DNA of 64,000 nucleotides, from assembly GCA_951406725.2 (NCBI GenBank), contig OX597824.1, positions 95,170,001 to 95,234,000 of the forward strand, given 5' to 3'. Shown piece after piece: positions 25,995-38,800 of this stretch (positions are counted from its first letter, which is position 1; each line of letters opens with the position of its first letter). The DNA comes from Octopus vulgaris. Lineage: Eukaryota. Below the pieces are notes generated by a model. The model did no database searches, was not told the DNA's origin, and was given only the letters and a program-made list of their open reading frames with translations. The position numbers were made by a program, and so were the translations under genes.

Positions 25995-28201
25995 CCAACA
26001 TTATGGAATAACAACAGAAAAAAGATGGTATAGGCACACACCAGAAAAGGTCACAAAAAAAGAGAAAGCAACCATACTCTGGGATAGGCCAATACACACA
26101 GATAGAGAAATTAAGGCCAACAGACCAGATATAGTTGTCAGAGATCATGAAGAAAAAAATGCTTTTCTAATTGATGTATCAATACCGGCAGATGACAACG
26201 TGTCTCTAAAAGAAATGGAGAAACTTTCAAAATACAAAGACCTGGAAATAGAGGTAACCAGAATGTGGAATCTAAAAACAGAAACAATTCCTATCATAAT
26301 AGGTGCATGATAAAAAAATATTCAGACAAATACATAGCAAAAACACCAGGACTTACAAACACATATAACATACAGAAAATTGCACTACTGGGCACTGCAC
26401 ACATCCTACGCAGAACACTTTCCATACAATAACGATCAGAGCACCACAACAAATCACAGCACATACCCAAGGCACACAGAGCTGCGCTCGGTAGTGAAGT
26501 GAAAGCACGCTATAAAAATAAAACTACTGAATAATAATAATAATAATAATAATAATGAAATTATTGTATAGATTAATTATAAAACAATTTACAAATTATT
26601 ATGAAATTATTATAATAGGGAGCAAAGCTGCCAGAATTGTAAGTGTGTTGGATGAAATTGTTAGTGTGTTGGATGAAATTTTTAGTGGTATTTCGCCTGT
26701 CGCTACGTCCTGAGTTCAAATTCCGCTGAGGTTGACTTTGCCTTTCATCCTTTCAGTATAAAATAAATACCAGTGAAAAACTGAGGTCAATGTAATCGAC
26801 TAGACCCCTCCCGCCAAATTTCAAGCCTAGTGCCTTTAGTAGAAAGGATTATTATTATTATTAATATTATTATTATTATAAAATATAGGCGCAGGAGTGG
26901 CTGTGTGGTAAGTAGCTTGCTTACCAACCATATGGTTCTGGGTTCAGTCCCACTGTGTGGCACCCTTGGGCAAGTGTCTTCTACTATAGCCTTGGGACAA
27001 CCAAACCTTTGTGAGTGGATCTGGTAAATGGAAATTGAAAGAAGCCCGTTGTGTATGTGTGTGTGTGTATGCATATGTTTGTGTGTCTGTGTTTGTCCCC
27101 TGCAACATCGCTTGACAACTGATGGTGGTGTGTTTACGTTCCTGTCACTTAGCGGTTCAGCAAGAGAGACTGATAGAATAAGTACTAGGCTTACAAAGAA
27201 TAAGTCCTGGGATCAATTTGCTCGACTAAAGGTAGTGCTCCAGCATGGCCACAGTCAAATGACTGAATCAAGTAAAAGAATAAAAGAAAAAATGGCAAAA
27301 AGGCAGAATTGTTGACATACTGTACAAAATGTTTTGTGACATTTCATTTTTTTCCCAACTCTTTAAGGTCTGAGTTCAAATTCCACCAATGTTGACTTTG
27401 CCTTTCATCTTCTCAGGGTTGATAAAATAGGTATAAAAATGGTTGTATTACTAAATTGAAATTCTCAATTTTTCCCAAAAATTGACAGACAGAGAGTAAT
27501 TTGCTTTGGAAATATCTTTTACCTTTTACTTGTTTCAGTCATTAGACTGCGGCCATGCTGGGGCACTGCACTGAAGTATTTTTAGTTGAATGAATCAACC
27601 CCCCAGGGCTTATTTTTTCTGTCAGGCAAGGTTCTTTTCTATTGGTCTCTTTTCTCTGAATTTCTAGGTCATGGGGATGTAAACACACCAACACCAGTTG
27701 TCAAGTGGTAGAGCAGGACAAACACAGACACACACAGATATAAATATAAATATATATATATCATCATTTAATGTCCGCTATATATATATATATATATATA
27801 ATAGTAATAATTTGAGGGAATATTATTCCAAACTTACAGGGAAAAATTCAATTTAGAAATACTAAATCAAATTTCACAAAATATGACATATATATATAAA
27901 TTAGAAAAAACCACCTTTTATCAATTCAAAATGAAAAATTAAATTACACCATCTAGAAAATTACATATAATAGAAATATTAAATATAAGATAAAAAATAT
28001 ACCGATGATTAAGTAATGTGCAAAATAATAAATAAAATGTTATTCTACCAAATATATATGTTTTATTTATTATTTTGCACATTACTTAATCATTGGTATA
28101 TGTTTTTATTTTATATTTAATATTTCTATTATATGTAATTTTCTAGATGGTGTAATTTAATTTTTCATTTTGAATTGATAAAAGGTGGTTTTTTTCTAAT
28201 T

Positions 28202-28237
<36 letters not shown>

Positions 28238-28433
28238 TATTCGCCATGATAGATCACCAGCCACTACACATTCTTTATTTTCTCTCCTTGTTTCTTTCTG
28301 TGTTCCTTTCTGTTGGAGAGCGCAGGCTCGAAACATTAAAGACTTTTTCACTTCCCAAGCGTTATACTAATACATCTGTTTGTTGTCTACACCACCTATC
28401 TTTGTCTTTTGTTTTTTTTTTGTGAATTCTCCC

Positions 28434-28467
<34 letters not shown>

Positions 28468-30331
28468 GTAACAGAAAAGAGGAATTTCGGTTGTCCCCAC
28501 ATGGTGGATTGTAATGTATATAAGAAAAATAAAAACGGAAAATACGCACACTTACATGGTTATAGTATAATTTTTAATGTATCGACCGGTTTCGCAATCG
28601 CTATTCATGATACAATGTTTAATTTATATGAAAATATTTTTTTTCTTAAGAAGAAAATGGGTTCATGTTTTTTATAATGAGATTCGAAACCGTCGATACA
28701 TTAAAAATTATACTATAACCATGTAAGTGTGCGTATTTTCCGTTTTTATTTTTCTTAAGTATATATATATATATATATGGGTTTTTTTTCAGTTTATGTT
28801 TACCAAATCTACTCACAAGGTTTCAGTTGGCCCAAGATGCCATGCAGTGGGACTGGACCAGGAACCAAACTTCTTAGAACATAGCCATGCCTGCATCTGC
28901 ATGTTTGTGAATGAGTTAATGTAGAGTGCAAGGTGTAACATAAAATAACATCAATGTGAACTCAGTGAAATAAAATCTTAACAAAACTTAAACCAACAAA
29001 GGAGTAAAAAAACCACACAAAAAAAAACTTACACTGGAGGATGTTGAAATTCCAAAGCAGGAGCATAATCCATGACAGCAATGTGGATAAACTTCTTAGC
29101 AGAATTGATAACGTCCAGAATTGCATCGATGTCACCTGTTCGGCCATTTGCACAGAAAGCAGGTGGGGAAATCTGGGAAAGAAAAACAAATGATTTTTTT
29201 GATTGACCTCATGAAACAACCAATATCTGGGGTCGACTGAATTTATGTTGTTAGCTAAAATGTTTCAAAAAACTTTTTCCAAAAAGTGAAAAAGAAGGAC
29301 TGGAGATTTGGTCTCTACAAAACCCAATGGAGGTAATTTGTCAAGGAGAATGGTGACTCTGAATGAAAATAGAGTTGTGTTGCAGAAGAAAGGCATTCAA
29401 TCATAAAAATCATGCCCCAAAAATATAACATACTCAATCAGGAGTGGCTGTGTGGTAAGTAGCTTGCTTACCACAAGGCGGCGAGCTGGCAGAAACGTTA
29501 GCACGCCGGGCGAAATGCTTAGCGGTATTTCGTCTGCGTTACGTTGTGAGTTCAAATTCCGCCGAGGTCGTCTTTGCCTTTCATCCTTTCGGGGTCGATA
29601 AATTAAGTACCAGTTACACACTAGGGTCGATGTAATCGACTTAATACCTATGTCTGTCCTTGTTTGTCCCCTCTGTGTTTAGCCCTTTGTGGGTAATAAA
29701 GAAATAGGTAAGTAGCTTGCTTACAAACCATTCTATGCTCTGAGAGAGAGAGAGAGGTCCACTTTCCCAATCTTTTTCTTAAATTATTTAATGTATAACA
29801 TAAAAATCTATAACTAAAAACATACCATAAAAATCATAAAGAACAGACAAACAAAATAACATTGTTTTCTTCTCTTGCCTGCTGGTCATGTGATAGTTTG
29901 TCTACCAATTAATAAGGTCATGTGATACGTGTTGTCACATTCCAACAGTCTCTGTCTTTAACTACATATCTCCTATTTCCATCCCCCCGTCCAGCATTGC
30001 TACCACGCTCCTTCCCCACCCCCTTTCTTTCCCCCTTATATCCTATTGTTTATGAACAAATACAAAATGTCCCACCTACGATTTTATGATGGTTTGGCAT
30101 TTCATTCTTTGGAGTACACTGAATGACATTTTAAAACTGCTGTCTCTTACTTGGTTCAGTCATTGGACCGTGGCCATGCTGGTGCACTGCACTGAAGGAT
30201 TCTGGTCAAATAGACCCACTCCAGTTCTATTGTCCTTCACTCTGACATTTATTCTACTGATCTCTTTTGCCAAGCTTTTAAGTTATGGGGATGTAAACAA
30301 ACCAGTGGAGGTTGTCAAGTAGTGGTGGACA

Positions 30332-30378
<47 letters not shown>

Positions 30379-33300
30379 CAGGCTTCCACACAGTTTTTGT
30401 CTACGAAATTCATTCCCATTGGTTAACTTGGGGCTATAGTAGAAGACACTTGTCCAAGATGCCATGCAATGGGAGTGAACCCAAAACCATGTGATCGCAA
30501 AGAGAGATCCTTAACTGCACAGTCATGCCTCAATGAGATTTGTAATGGAAATCAGTGGACCAATAATGAAAAGCAATGGAAGAGAAGGTACACAAACTAT
30601 GAGTTTATTTTCCACTGGTGTTATGATTTGTTCTCTGAGTAAGTCTGAACATTTCAACAAATAAACAGTTAAGTAGATATCATGGAAACTGTGACCGATT
30701 CCTCTCCAACAGATGTGAGACATGTGTCCCTATTGACTGCTTTTAAAGACATTCAGAATAGATATCATGATTTACTGTTTGTTTTCCATGTCGGCATGGG
30801 TCGGATGGTTTGACAGGAGCTGGCAAGTCAGAAGATTGCGCCAAACTCTGCTGTCTGTGCTTTGGAATGGTTTCTACAGATGAAGGCTCTTCCTACTGCC
30901 GATCAGTTTACAGAGTGTACCGGGTGCTTTTTACATGTCACTACCACCAGTAAGGTCACCAAGAAACTTGCAAGACAAGACTCCTCGACTGAGTTGGGGA
31001 GTAGTATTGAGGGACATCTTGTAGTAGATGAGAAGCATAGCTACCTCAGGTGAAGAGAAAGGCGTCAAGCTGGCAGAAACGTTAGCACGCCAGGCGAAAT
31101 GCTAAGCGGTATTTCGTCTGCTGCTACGTTCTGAGTTCAAATTCCGCCAAGGTCGACTTTGCCTTTCATTCTTTCGGGGTCGATAAATTAGTACCAGTTA
31201 TGCACTGGGGTTGATATAATTGACTTAATCCATCTGTCTGTCCTTGTTTGTCCTCTCTGTGTTTAGCCCCTTGTGGGTAGTAAAGAAATAGGTATTTTGT
31301 CTGCTGCTACGTTTTGAGTTCAAATTCCGCCAAGGTCAACTTTGCCTTTCATCCTTTCGGGATGTACCAGTTATGCACTGGGGTCGATGTAATCGACTTA
31401 ATTTCTTTGTCTGTCCTTGTTTGTCCCCTCTATGTTTAGCCCCTTGTGGACAATAAAGAAATAAGAAAGGGGAGAGGAGGAGAGAGAGAAGATGTGTTGT
31501 GGAAGGGGGTTCACACCCAGGTTACAGGGAGGTGTATATAGTGAAGTGGACTGAAGAGGGTAAGTGGATGGGTAAGTTCATGAGATTGTGATCTCAGCCA
31601 CCTCAACATTCTCTCATCTCTCTCTCTCTCTGACCTGTCCCCACAATCTTCCCATATCTCTCTTCTTTTTTCAATGACTCTCTCAGGATCCTTGCCACCC
31701 TCATCGATTTCATGTCGCCTTCCTTCCACACCTTCTACCCATAATATGACCCACCCTGCCACCCACCTCATCACTCCCACCATGCTGATGCTCCCTTTCT
31801 CTAATCCTAACACTCATCCTTTCCTCCTTCCCCCTGTACCCTCAGTACTCCCTCTGCCCATAGTCTCTGCTCTGTTCCTCTCCCTACTACCATTCTCTCA
31901 CAACTATAAATCTTTTCCTTTCATCATATTTTACTCCTTCTCACCACTTCACCTACAATCATCACACTCTATCACTTACTCTTTTAGTAGTGGTGGCCCT
32001 TTAAGGACTTTAGTTTCAAAGTAACCTCACTAGAGCTGGTGCCATGAAAAAAACAAAAGCACTTAGTACACTCTGCAAAGTGGTGGCATAAGGAAGAGCA
32101 TCCGGGGCAGTGGAAATCATGTCGCATCAAAGACATCGGAGCACAACATGATTCTCCTTTAACTTGTTGGATCCTGTCACACTGTTTAACCCTATTAAGG
32201 GCAAACTGTAGCCTGCAGGGCTTTCTCAATGGCATGTCAACATTTTTAGTAGAGTTCTGTTGCTTGACATAAGGTCTTCCAGCAGCCAGTATCTTGACCC
32301 AGGGCAGTACTACCTCCTTCAGGTACTTGCTGTCGGCCTCCGTGTTGAATCTGAGGCCATGTGGGAAGATGAATGGAGGCATTAAATCACCATCACTAGT
32401 GATCACTGCAAACACATGATGTTGACTGGATTTTTGATTCTTATCAGATTGACACCCAAATACTCTGAGTTTTCCAGTGTTGAGCTAAATTAAACTGCAG
32501 GCTCCATTCCTGGTGGAACCTTTCCATCAATTCCTTTAAGTTTCTGTTTTGCACCCATACTCCCCCCCGGAACTGACTATGGTTTCCTGCACAGGCTCCC
32601 CGCCAGGTTGTCGAAGCGAATGCCAGTGGAGCACCAGTCGGCCTCTTTTGGAGTCTGGGAGGCCAGGTGGCAGCACCAGGCTCCAGTCTGATCTGGCAGT
32701 GTTTCTACAACTTGATGCCCTTCCTAACACCAACCACTCCATGAGTGTAGTGGCATTTTTAGCAGTGAGGCTCATCTGATGATGAACAATGTCTCACACA
32801 GCCTGCTTCTCGGAAAAGGTTGCCGATGCCTGGTTTAAGCTATGCCAACATGGTATGTGAATGTAAAATGAAGACAATGATTAGTTGCATGTTATTCTGA
32901 TAAGTAGAGAACTTACCGATAAGTACACGTTGCTATTGCTGTCATTGAGATTGATGTTCAAAGGTTTTTCTTTATTGGTTGTGGTGTTGTACACGTATGG
33001 CCATGGTTTAGGAATTGCATCAACTTTTGTCAGATACCAAAAGGTATCGAATATTTTGCCCATGTCTTCTGCGAGTGATTTGCAGTTGGAAATTATAACC
33101 CCGAGATCTTTCACCTAAAACAGAAAAGACAATGAATGAATGTACTGGAAAACAAAACAGATAAAAGCTAACAAATAGTTGAGAACAGTGAGCAACTAAA
33201 TGTCTCCCTAGTGAGGTACCCTTCAGTATAGTTTAGTGGTTAGTACAAGGTTTGATCAAAAAGTATCAGGAATGGTACTGTAAAAAGAAAACTACAACAT

Positions 33301-35801
33301 ATATCAGTCCGGCATTTAACCCTTTCGCTACCGTATTTCTGTTGAGATGGTCTGTGTTTCTTTCAATTACTTTAATTATTAACAAAGAATTTAGTAAAAT
33401 AACTTAGTTATCATTCAACTAGTGTCAGGAACATAAATTGTGACTAAGGTTTGGTGGGAGATTTTAATTGAAAACTTACGAAAACAAGACATTTGTACTC
33501 AGAGCCAGAGCCGGTTTCAGCCAGGTTGGTACCATAAGGGTTAAACAAACCTCTACATTTAGTCAGATATACATTAGAAGCAATTGGAAGGGTATGGATT
33601 GAAAGAAATATAGGCTATTATTTCTAGCATATAGAGTGACCACAACGATGTCTCCTCTTATGTGTTCTGCTCATTATTCTTCTTCTTAACCCTTTCGCTA
33701 CCGTATTTCTGTTGAGATGCTCTATGTTTCTATTTATTACTTTAATTATAACAAAGCATTTAGTAAAATAACTTAGTTATCATTCAGCTAGTGTTAGGAA
33801 CATGAACTAAGGTTTGGTGGAAGATTTTAATTCAGAACTTACGAAAACAAGACATTTGTACTCAGAGCCAGAGGTGGTTTCAGTCGGGTTGGTATCAAAA
33901 GGGTTAATCTCTTTTGAAGTAGACCCCTTCGGAAGCCACACACTTTATCCAGCATTGCTTCCATTGATGGAATGGTGAGAGCTGCCTCATTGCATTCTCT
34001 TGGATTTCTTCAATGTCTTGAAATTTTTTTCCTTTCAAGTGGGATTTGATTTTTGCCTTTGGTTTCAAGGTTACAGCCATAGACCCATGGTTTGTCACAT
34101 ATGACCATTTTCAAAGAGTTTTTGTCTTCCTTAAATTAACAGTTCTGGTTCTCTGAAACAACCAACTCCTGTGCCAGTGGCACGTTAAAAAGCATCATTC
34201 GAGTTTGGTTGTTGCCAGTGTTGCCCAATCGGCTCCCTTGCCAGTGGCACGTAAAAAGCATCATTCAAGCATGGCCAATGCCAGTGCCGCCTGACTGTCC
34301 TTTGTGCCGGTGGAATGTAAAAAGCATCCACTATACACTTGGAGTGGTTAGCATTAGGAAGAGCATCCAGTTGTAGAAATGTTGACAGATCAGAATGGGA
34401 CCTGGTGCAGCCTTCTGGCTTGCTAGTCCTCATTCAAACCGTCCAACCCATGCCAGCATGGAAAGCGGACGTTAAATGATGATGATGATGATGATGATGA
34501 CTTGTTTCTCTGGGATTAGTCAAGTGAGGGTGAAACCACTGATGAAACCCCAATAAGGATCGAAACATTGATTAAGACTCTTTTCATCATCTTTTCAATC
34601 TACAGAGAAATTTTACATGATTGTATATTTACTACACAGGTTTATAAATATTAAAAGCTAAATAAATATACATGAAATTTTTTTTTAATGAAGAAATTAG
34701 AGAAAAAATTAAGCCAAGTATTTGAAAAAAATATCTCTTACTTGAGCGAGAGAGCGCCAATTAAGATTAGAACTGCCAATATAGAAATGCCTTCTGTCAA
34801 TAATCCATATCTTTGTGTGCATAATTCCACCTCCCAACAGTTTTTTCATGTCAATGTGTCGAACTGAAGCATGAGCTGAGAAAAAAAAAAGAAAAAAAAG
34901 AAAAGAATTTTCATCTTCAACATCATCATTTAACATCTGCTCTCCATGCTGGCATGGGTTAGATGGTTTGACTGGTACTGGTAAGTGGAGAGCTGCACCA
35001 AGTCCCAGTCTTATTTGACATGGTTTCTACAGCTGGATGCCCTTTCTAACACCAACCACTCCAAGAGTATAATGGGTGCTTTTTACATCCAGCGGCACAG
35101 GTGTTTCTGTGCTAGCGACACAGGTGCTTTTACATACCCTTGGTATGGGTGCCAGTTATATGATACCAGCATCAGCCAAGACTATGATTTCACTTGGCTT
35201 CACAAGTCTTCTGAAGCTCAGCATGTCACCTAAGGTCCCAGTGACTTGTCATTGCCTCCGTAAAACCCAGCATTCGAACATCATGCTTTACCACCTTGTC
35301 CCATGTCTTTCTGGGTCTACTTCTTCCCCAGGTTTGTGTCACAGTTACATATTGGCACTTCTTTACGCAGCTGTCCTCGTCCATAAAATTTTGAGATTGT
35401 AATTTCTATTTCTTTATTACCCACAAGGGGCTAAACACAGAGGGGACAAACAAGGACAGACAAACGGATGAAGTCGATCATATTGACACCAGTGCATAAC
35501 TGGTACTTATTTAATCGACCCCAAAAGGACGAAAGGCATGCTAACGTTTCTGCCAGCTCGCTGCCTTAAAATATGCAGTTATATCATCATAATCTCAAAG
35601 CTATGAGATAATGCATGATTATTTCAAAACAATGTGAAGGCGCAGGAGTGGCTGTGTAGTAAGTAGCTTGCTAACCAACCACATGGTACCGGGTTCAGTC
35701 CCACTGCGTGGCATCTTGGGCAAGTGTCTTCTACTATAGAACCAGGCCGACCAATGCCTTGTGAGTGGATTTGGTAGACGGAAACTGAAAGAAGCCTGTC
35801 G

Positions 35802-35832
<31 letters not shown>

Positions 35833-38800
35833 ATATATATATATGTATGTGTGACACGTAAAAGCACCGTCCGTTCGTGGCCGTTTGCCAGCCCTGTCTG
35901 GCACCGTGTCGGTGGCACATAAAAGCACCATCCGTTCGTGTCCGTTGCCAGCCTCGGCTGGCCCCCGTGCCGGTGACATGTAAAAGCACCGTCCGTTTGT
36001 GGCCGTTTGCCAGCTCTGTCTGGCAACCGTGTCGGTGGCACGTAAAAGCACCATCCGTTCGTGTCCGTTGCCAGCCTCGGCTGGCCCCCATGCCGGTGAC
36101 ACGTAAAAGCACCATCCGTTCGTGGCCGTTTGCCAGCTCAGTCTGGCACCTGTGTAGGTGGCACGTAAAAAACACCCACTACACTCGCGGAGTGGTTGGC
36201 GTTAGGAAGGGCATCCAGCCGTAGAAACACTGCCAGATCTGACTGGGCCTGACGAAGCCTCTCCAGCTTCACAGACCCCAGTTGACCCGTCCAACCCATG
36301 CTAGCATGGAAAGCGGACGCTAAATGATGATGATGATGATGATGATGTGTGTGTCTGTGTTTGTCCCCCTAGCATTGCTTGACAACCGATGCTGGTGTGT
36401 TTACGTCCCCGTCACTTAGCGGTTCGGCAAAAGAGACCGATAGAATAAGTACTGGGCTTACAAAGAATAAGTCCCGGGGTTGATTTGCTCGACTAAAGGC
36501 GGTGCTCCAGCATGGCCGCAGTCAAATGACTGAAACAAGTAAAAGAGTAAATAAGGAATACATTTTGACAGAATAATCTCTGAGTGCCAAAAGGGTTAAA
36601 GGTGTCATAGCACAATAATCTGGCATCCTTTTGCAAACTGTCTTACATTAAAGAAATATTTAAATACTATTATTTTATGGTTGCATGGTAAGAAGCTTGC
36701 TTCTCAACGACTTGATTTTGAGTTCAGTCCTACTGCAAGGCACCTTGGGCACTGGCAATGACCTTGATCTACTGTAATTTCAAGTCAATCAAAGCTTTGT
36801 GAGTGGATTTGGTAGATGGAAACTGAAAGAAGCCCATCGTGTATGTATGTGTGTGTGTATATGTATATATGTATGTGTGTGTCTTTGTGTCTGTGTTTGC
36901 CCCCACGACCACCACTTGACAACTGTAACTAAGCAATTTGGCAAAAGCAGTTGATAGAATAAATATCAGGGAATGGTTTGTTTGTCAAAAATTCTTCAAG
37001 GCAGTGCCCCAGCATGGCCTCAGTTTAATGACCGAAACAAGTAAAGGCAAAAGATAGGAAATTTTCTCACCGTCTTCAATTAATATTTCTGTATCTGGAC
37101 TTTGCATTTCAGAATTTGGTTTATTTTCAAGTAATTTGATTTCTACGTTCCTGTTTTTACCAGCTGACAAAAGATGTTGAAAAAGGTTTGTATCCTATAG
37201 AAAGAAGTGTAAAATTTTTTATCTGTTATTTTATATAATATGGTTCATAGAATATTGGTTACAAATTTTAGCACAAAGCCAGTATTTACAAGGGAAGATG
37301 CTAAGATTACATTGCCCCCAATGTGCAACTGGTACTTATTTATATCAACCCTGAAAGAATGTAAGGCAAAGTCGACTTTGGTGAAATTTGAACTCAGGGC
37401 ATAAAGATGGATGAAATTCCGCAAAGCATTTTGCCTGCTGTGCTAACCATTCTGCCAGCTCACTGCCTTATCATGGTCAACAGAATATTAAAATGTATCA
37501 AATTCGATGACTGGTATCCGTGCTAGTGGAGTGCTAAGAGCACCATCCAAGCGTGATCGTTGCCAGAGCAGCTAACTGGCTTCCATGCCGGTGGCACATA
37601 AAAAGCACCATTTGAGTGTAATCATTACCAGTGTTGCCTTACTGGTACTTGTGTCGGTGGCACGTGAAAAAAAACATTCGAGCGAGGTCATTGCCAGTGC
37701 TGCTGCTGGACTGGCTCCTGTGCAGGTGGCATGTAAAAAACCCCATTTGAGCATGGCTGTTGCCAGTACCGCCTGACTGGCCCTCATACCGGTGGCACGT
37801 AACAGCACCCACTACACCCTCAGAGTGGTTGGCGTTAGGAAGGGCATCCAGCTGTAGAAACTCTGCCAGATCAAGATTGGAGCCTGGTGCAGCCATCTGG
37901 TTCGCCAGTCCTCAATCAAATCGTCCAACCCATGCCAGCATGGAAAGCGGATGTTAAACGATGATGATGATGATGATCACACATTAATAAGTGAACAAAA
38001 AACCAAACAACTTACTTCCAACTCTGATGGCAGTTGATGTACATCTTGGGCATCCAGTGTCCAATGAAAAGAGGCTATCTCAATTGTGTCCTTGGCTTCT
38101 TCAATCAAAGACAAAAGACCGTCATAGGTAGATAGGTGTGATGGTGAACCTGGGGCATAGGTCATATCTTTGGGGACAGTCTCAACTAAGGATATCCTGA
38201 AATAGAAATATGAAAGATTCATTATCAGTTGAGATGAAAAATTTGGTGAAAGTAATTAAATAAAATGCGAATAACGAAAATAATTGTAGTAAAAATTGTT
38301 TGCCAACATAACATGGCAGTCCTAGTTTAGGATGAATGTTGCTGTAATTTAGCCCCAGGAGACACGATCTGTGTCCTTATGTTTCCGAACAAGGGAATCT
38401 AGCACCCCAACTCAGCTCAAAACAATATCTGTGTATCGCGATTTCCAGGTTATTTCCCTTCATCAGCACAGAATAATTGTTCGGCTAGAGGTGGCACTGC
38501 CAAATTCCCATTCGAAATATATAGTTTTCAAAGTGACAACTAGTCACTGATCTATAAATTAGAAGATCTTTGCCACAAAGTACTGTTGCTGAATATCTCA
38601 CGTTGTGAGATTTAAAAATAGTAATTTTTCTATGAAAATAATTGTTGTCAACTTGCTATGAAATACAGGGAAAACACCTGCAATTAATGTATTGGTATAA
38701 AAAGCATGTGCTGGGGCCACATAAAAAGCAACCCAATACACTCTGTATATAGTTACAAAAAATTATTTTTTAAATCTGTCGGTCAAAAGATAAAGATCCC

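Noticed and set aside
31511-32024. Overlapping 100-116 aa ORFs
   Set aside because: Pyrimidine-rich low-complexity intronic DNA with no coding signature
35852-36170. Regularly spaced cacgtaaaagcacc repeats resembling a CRISPR array
   Set aside because: The spacers are themselves repeated, there are no cas genes, the context is eukaryotic, and it is an internal tandem expansion of a common repeat
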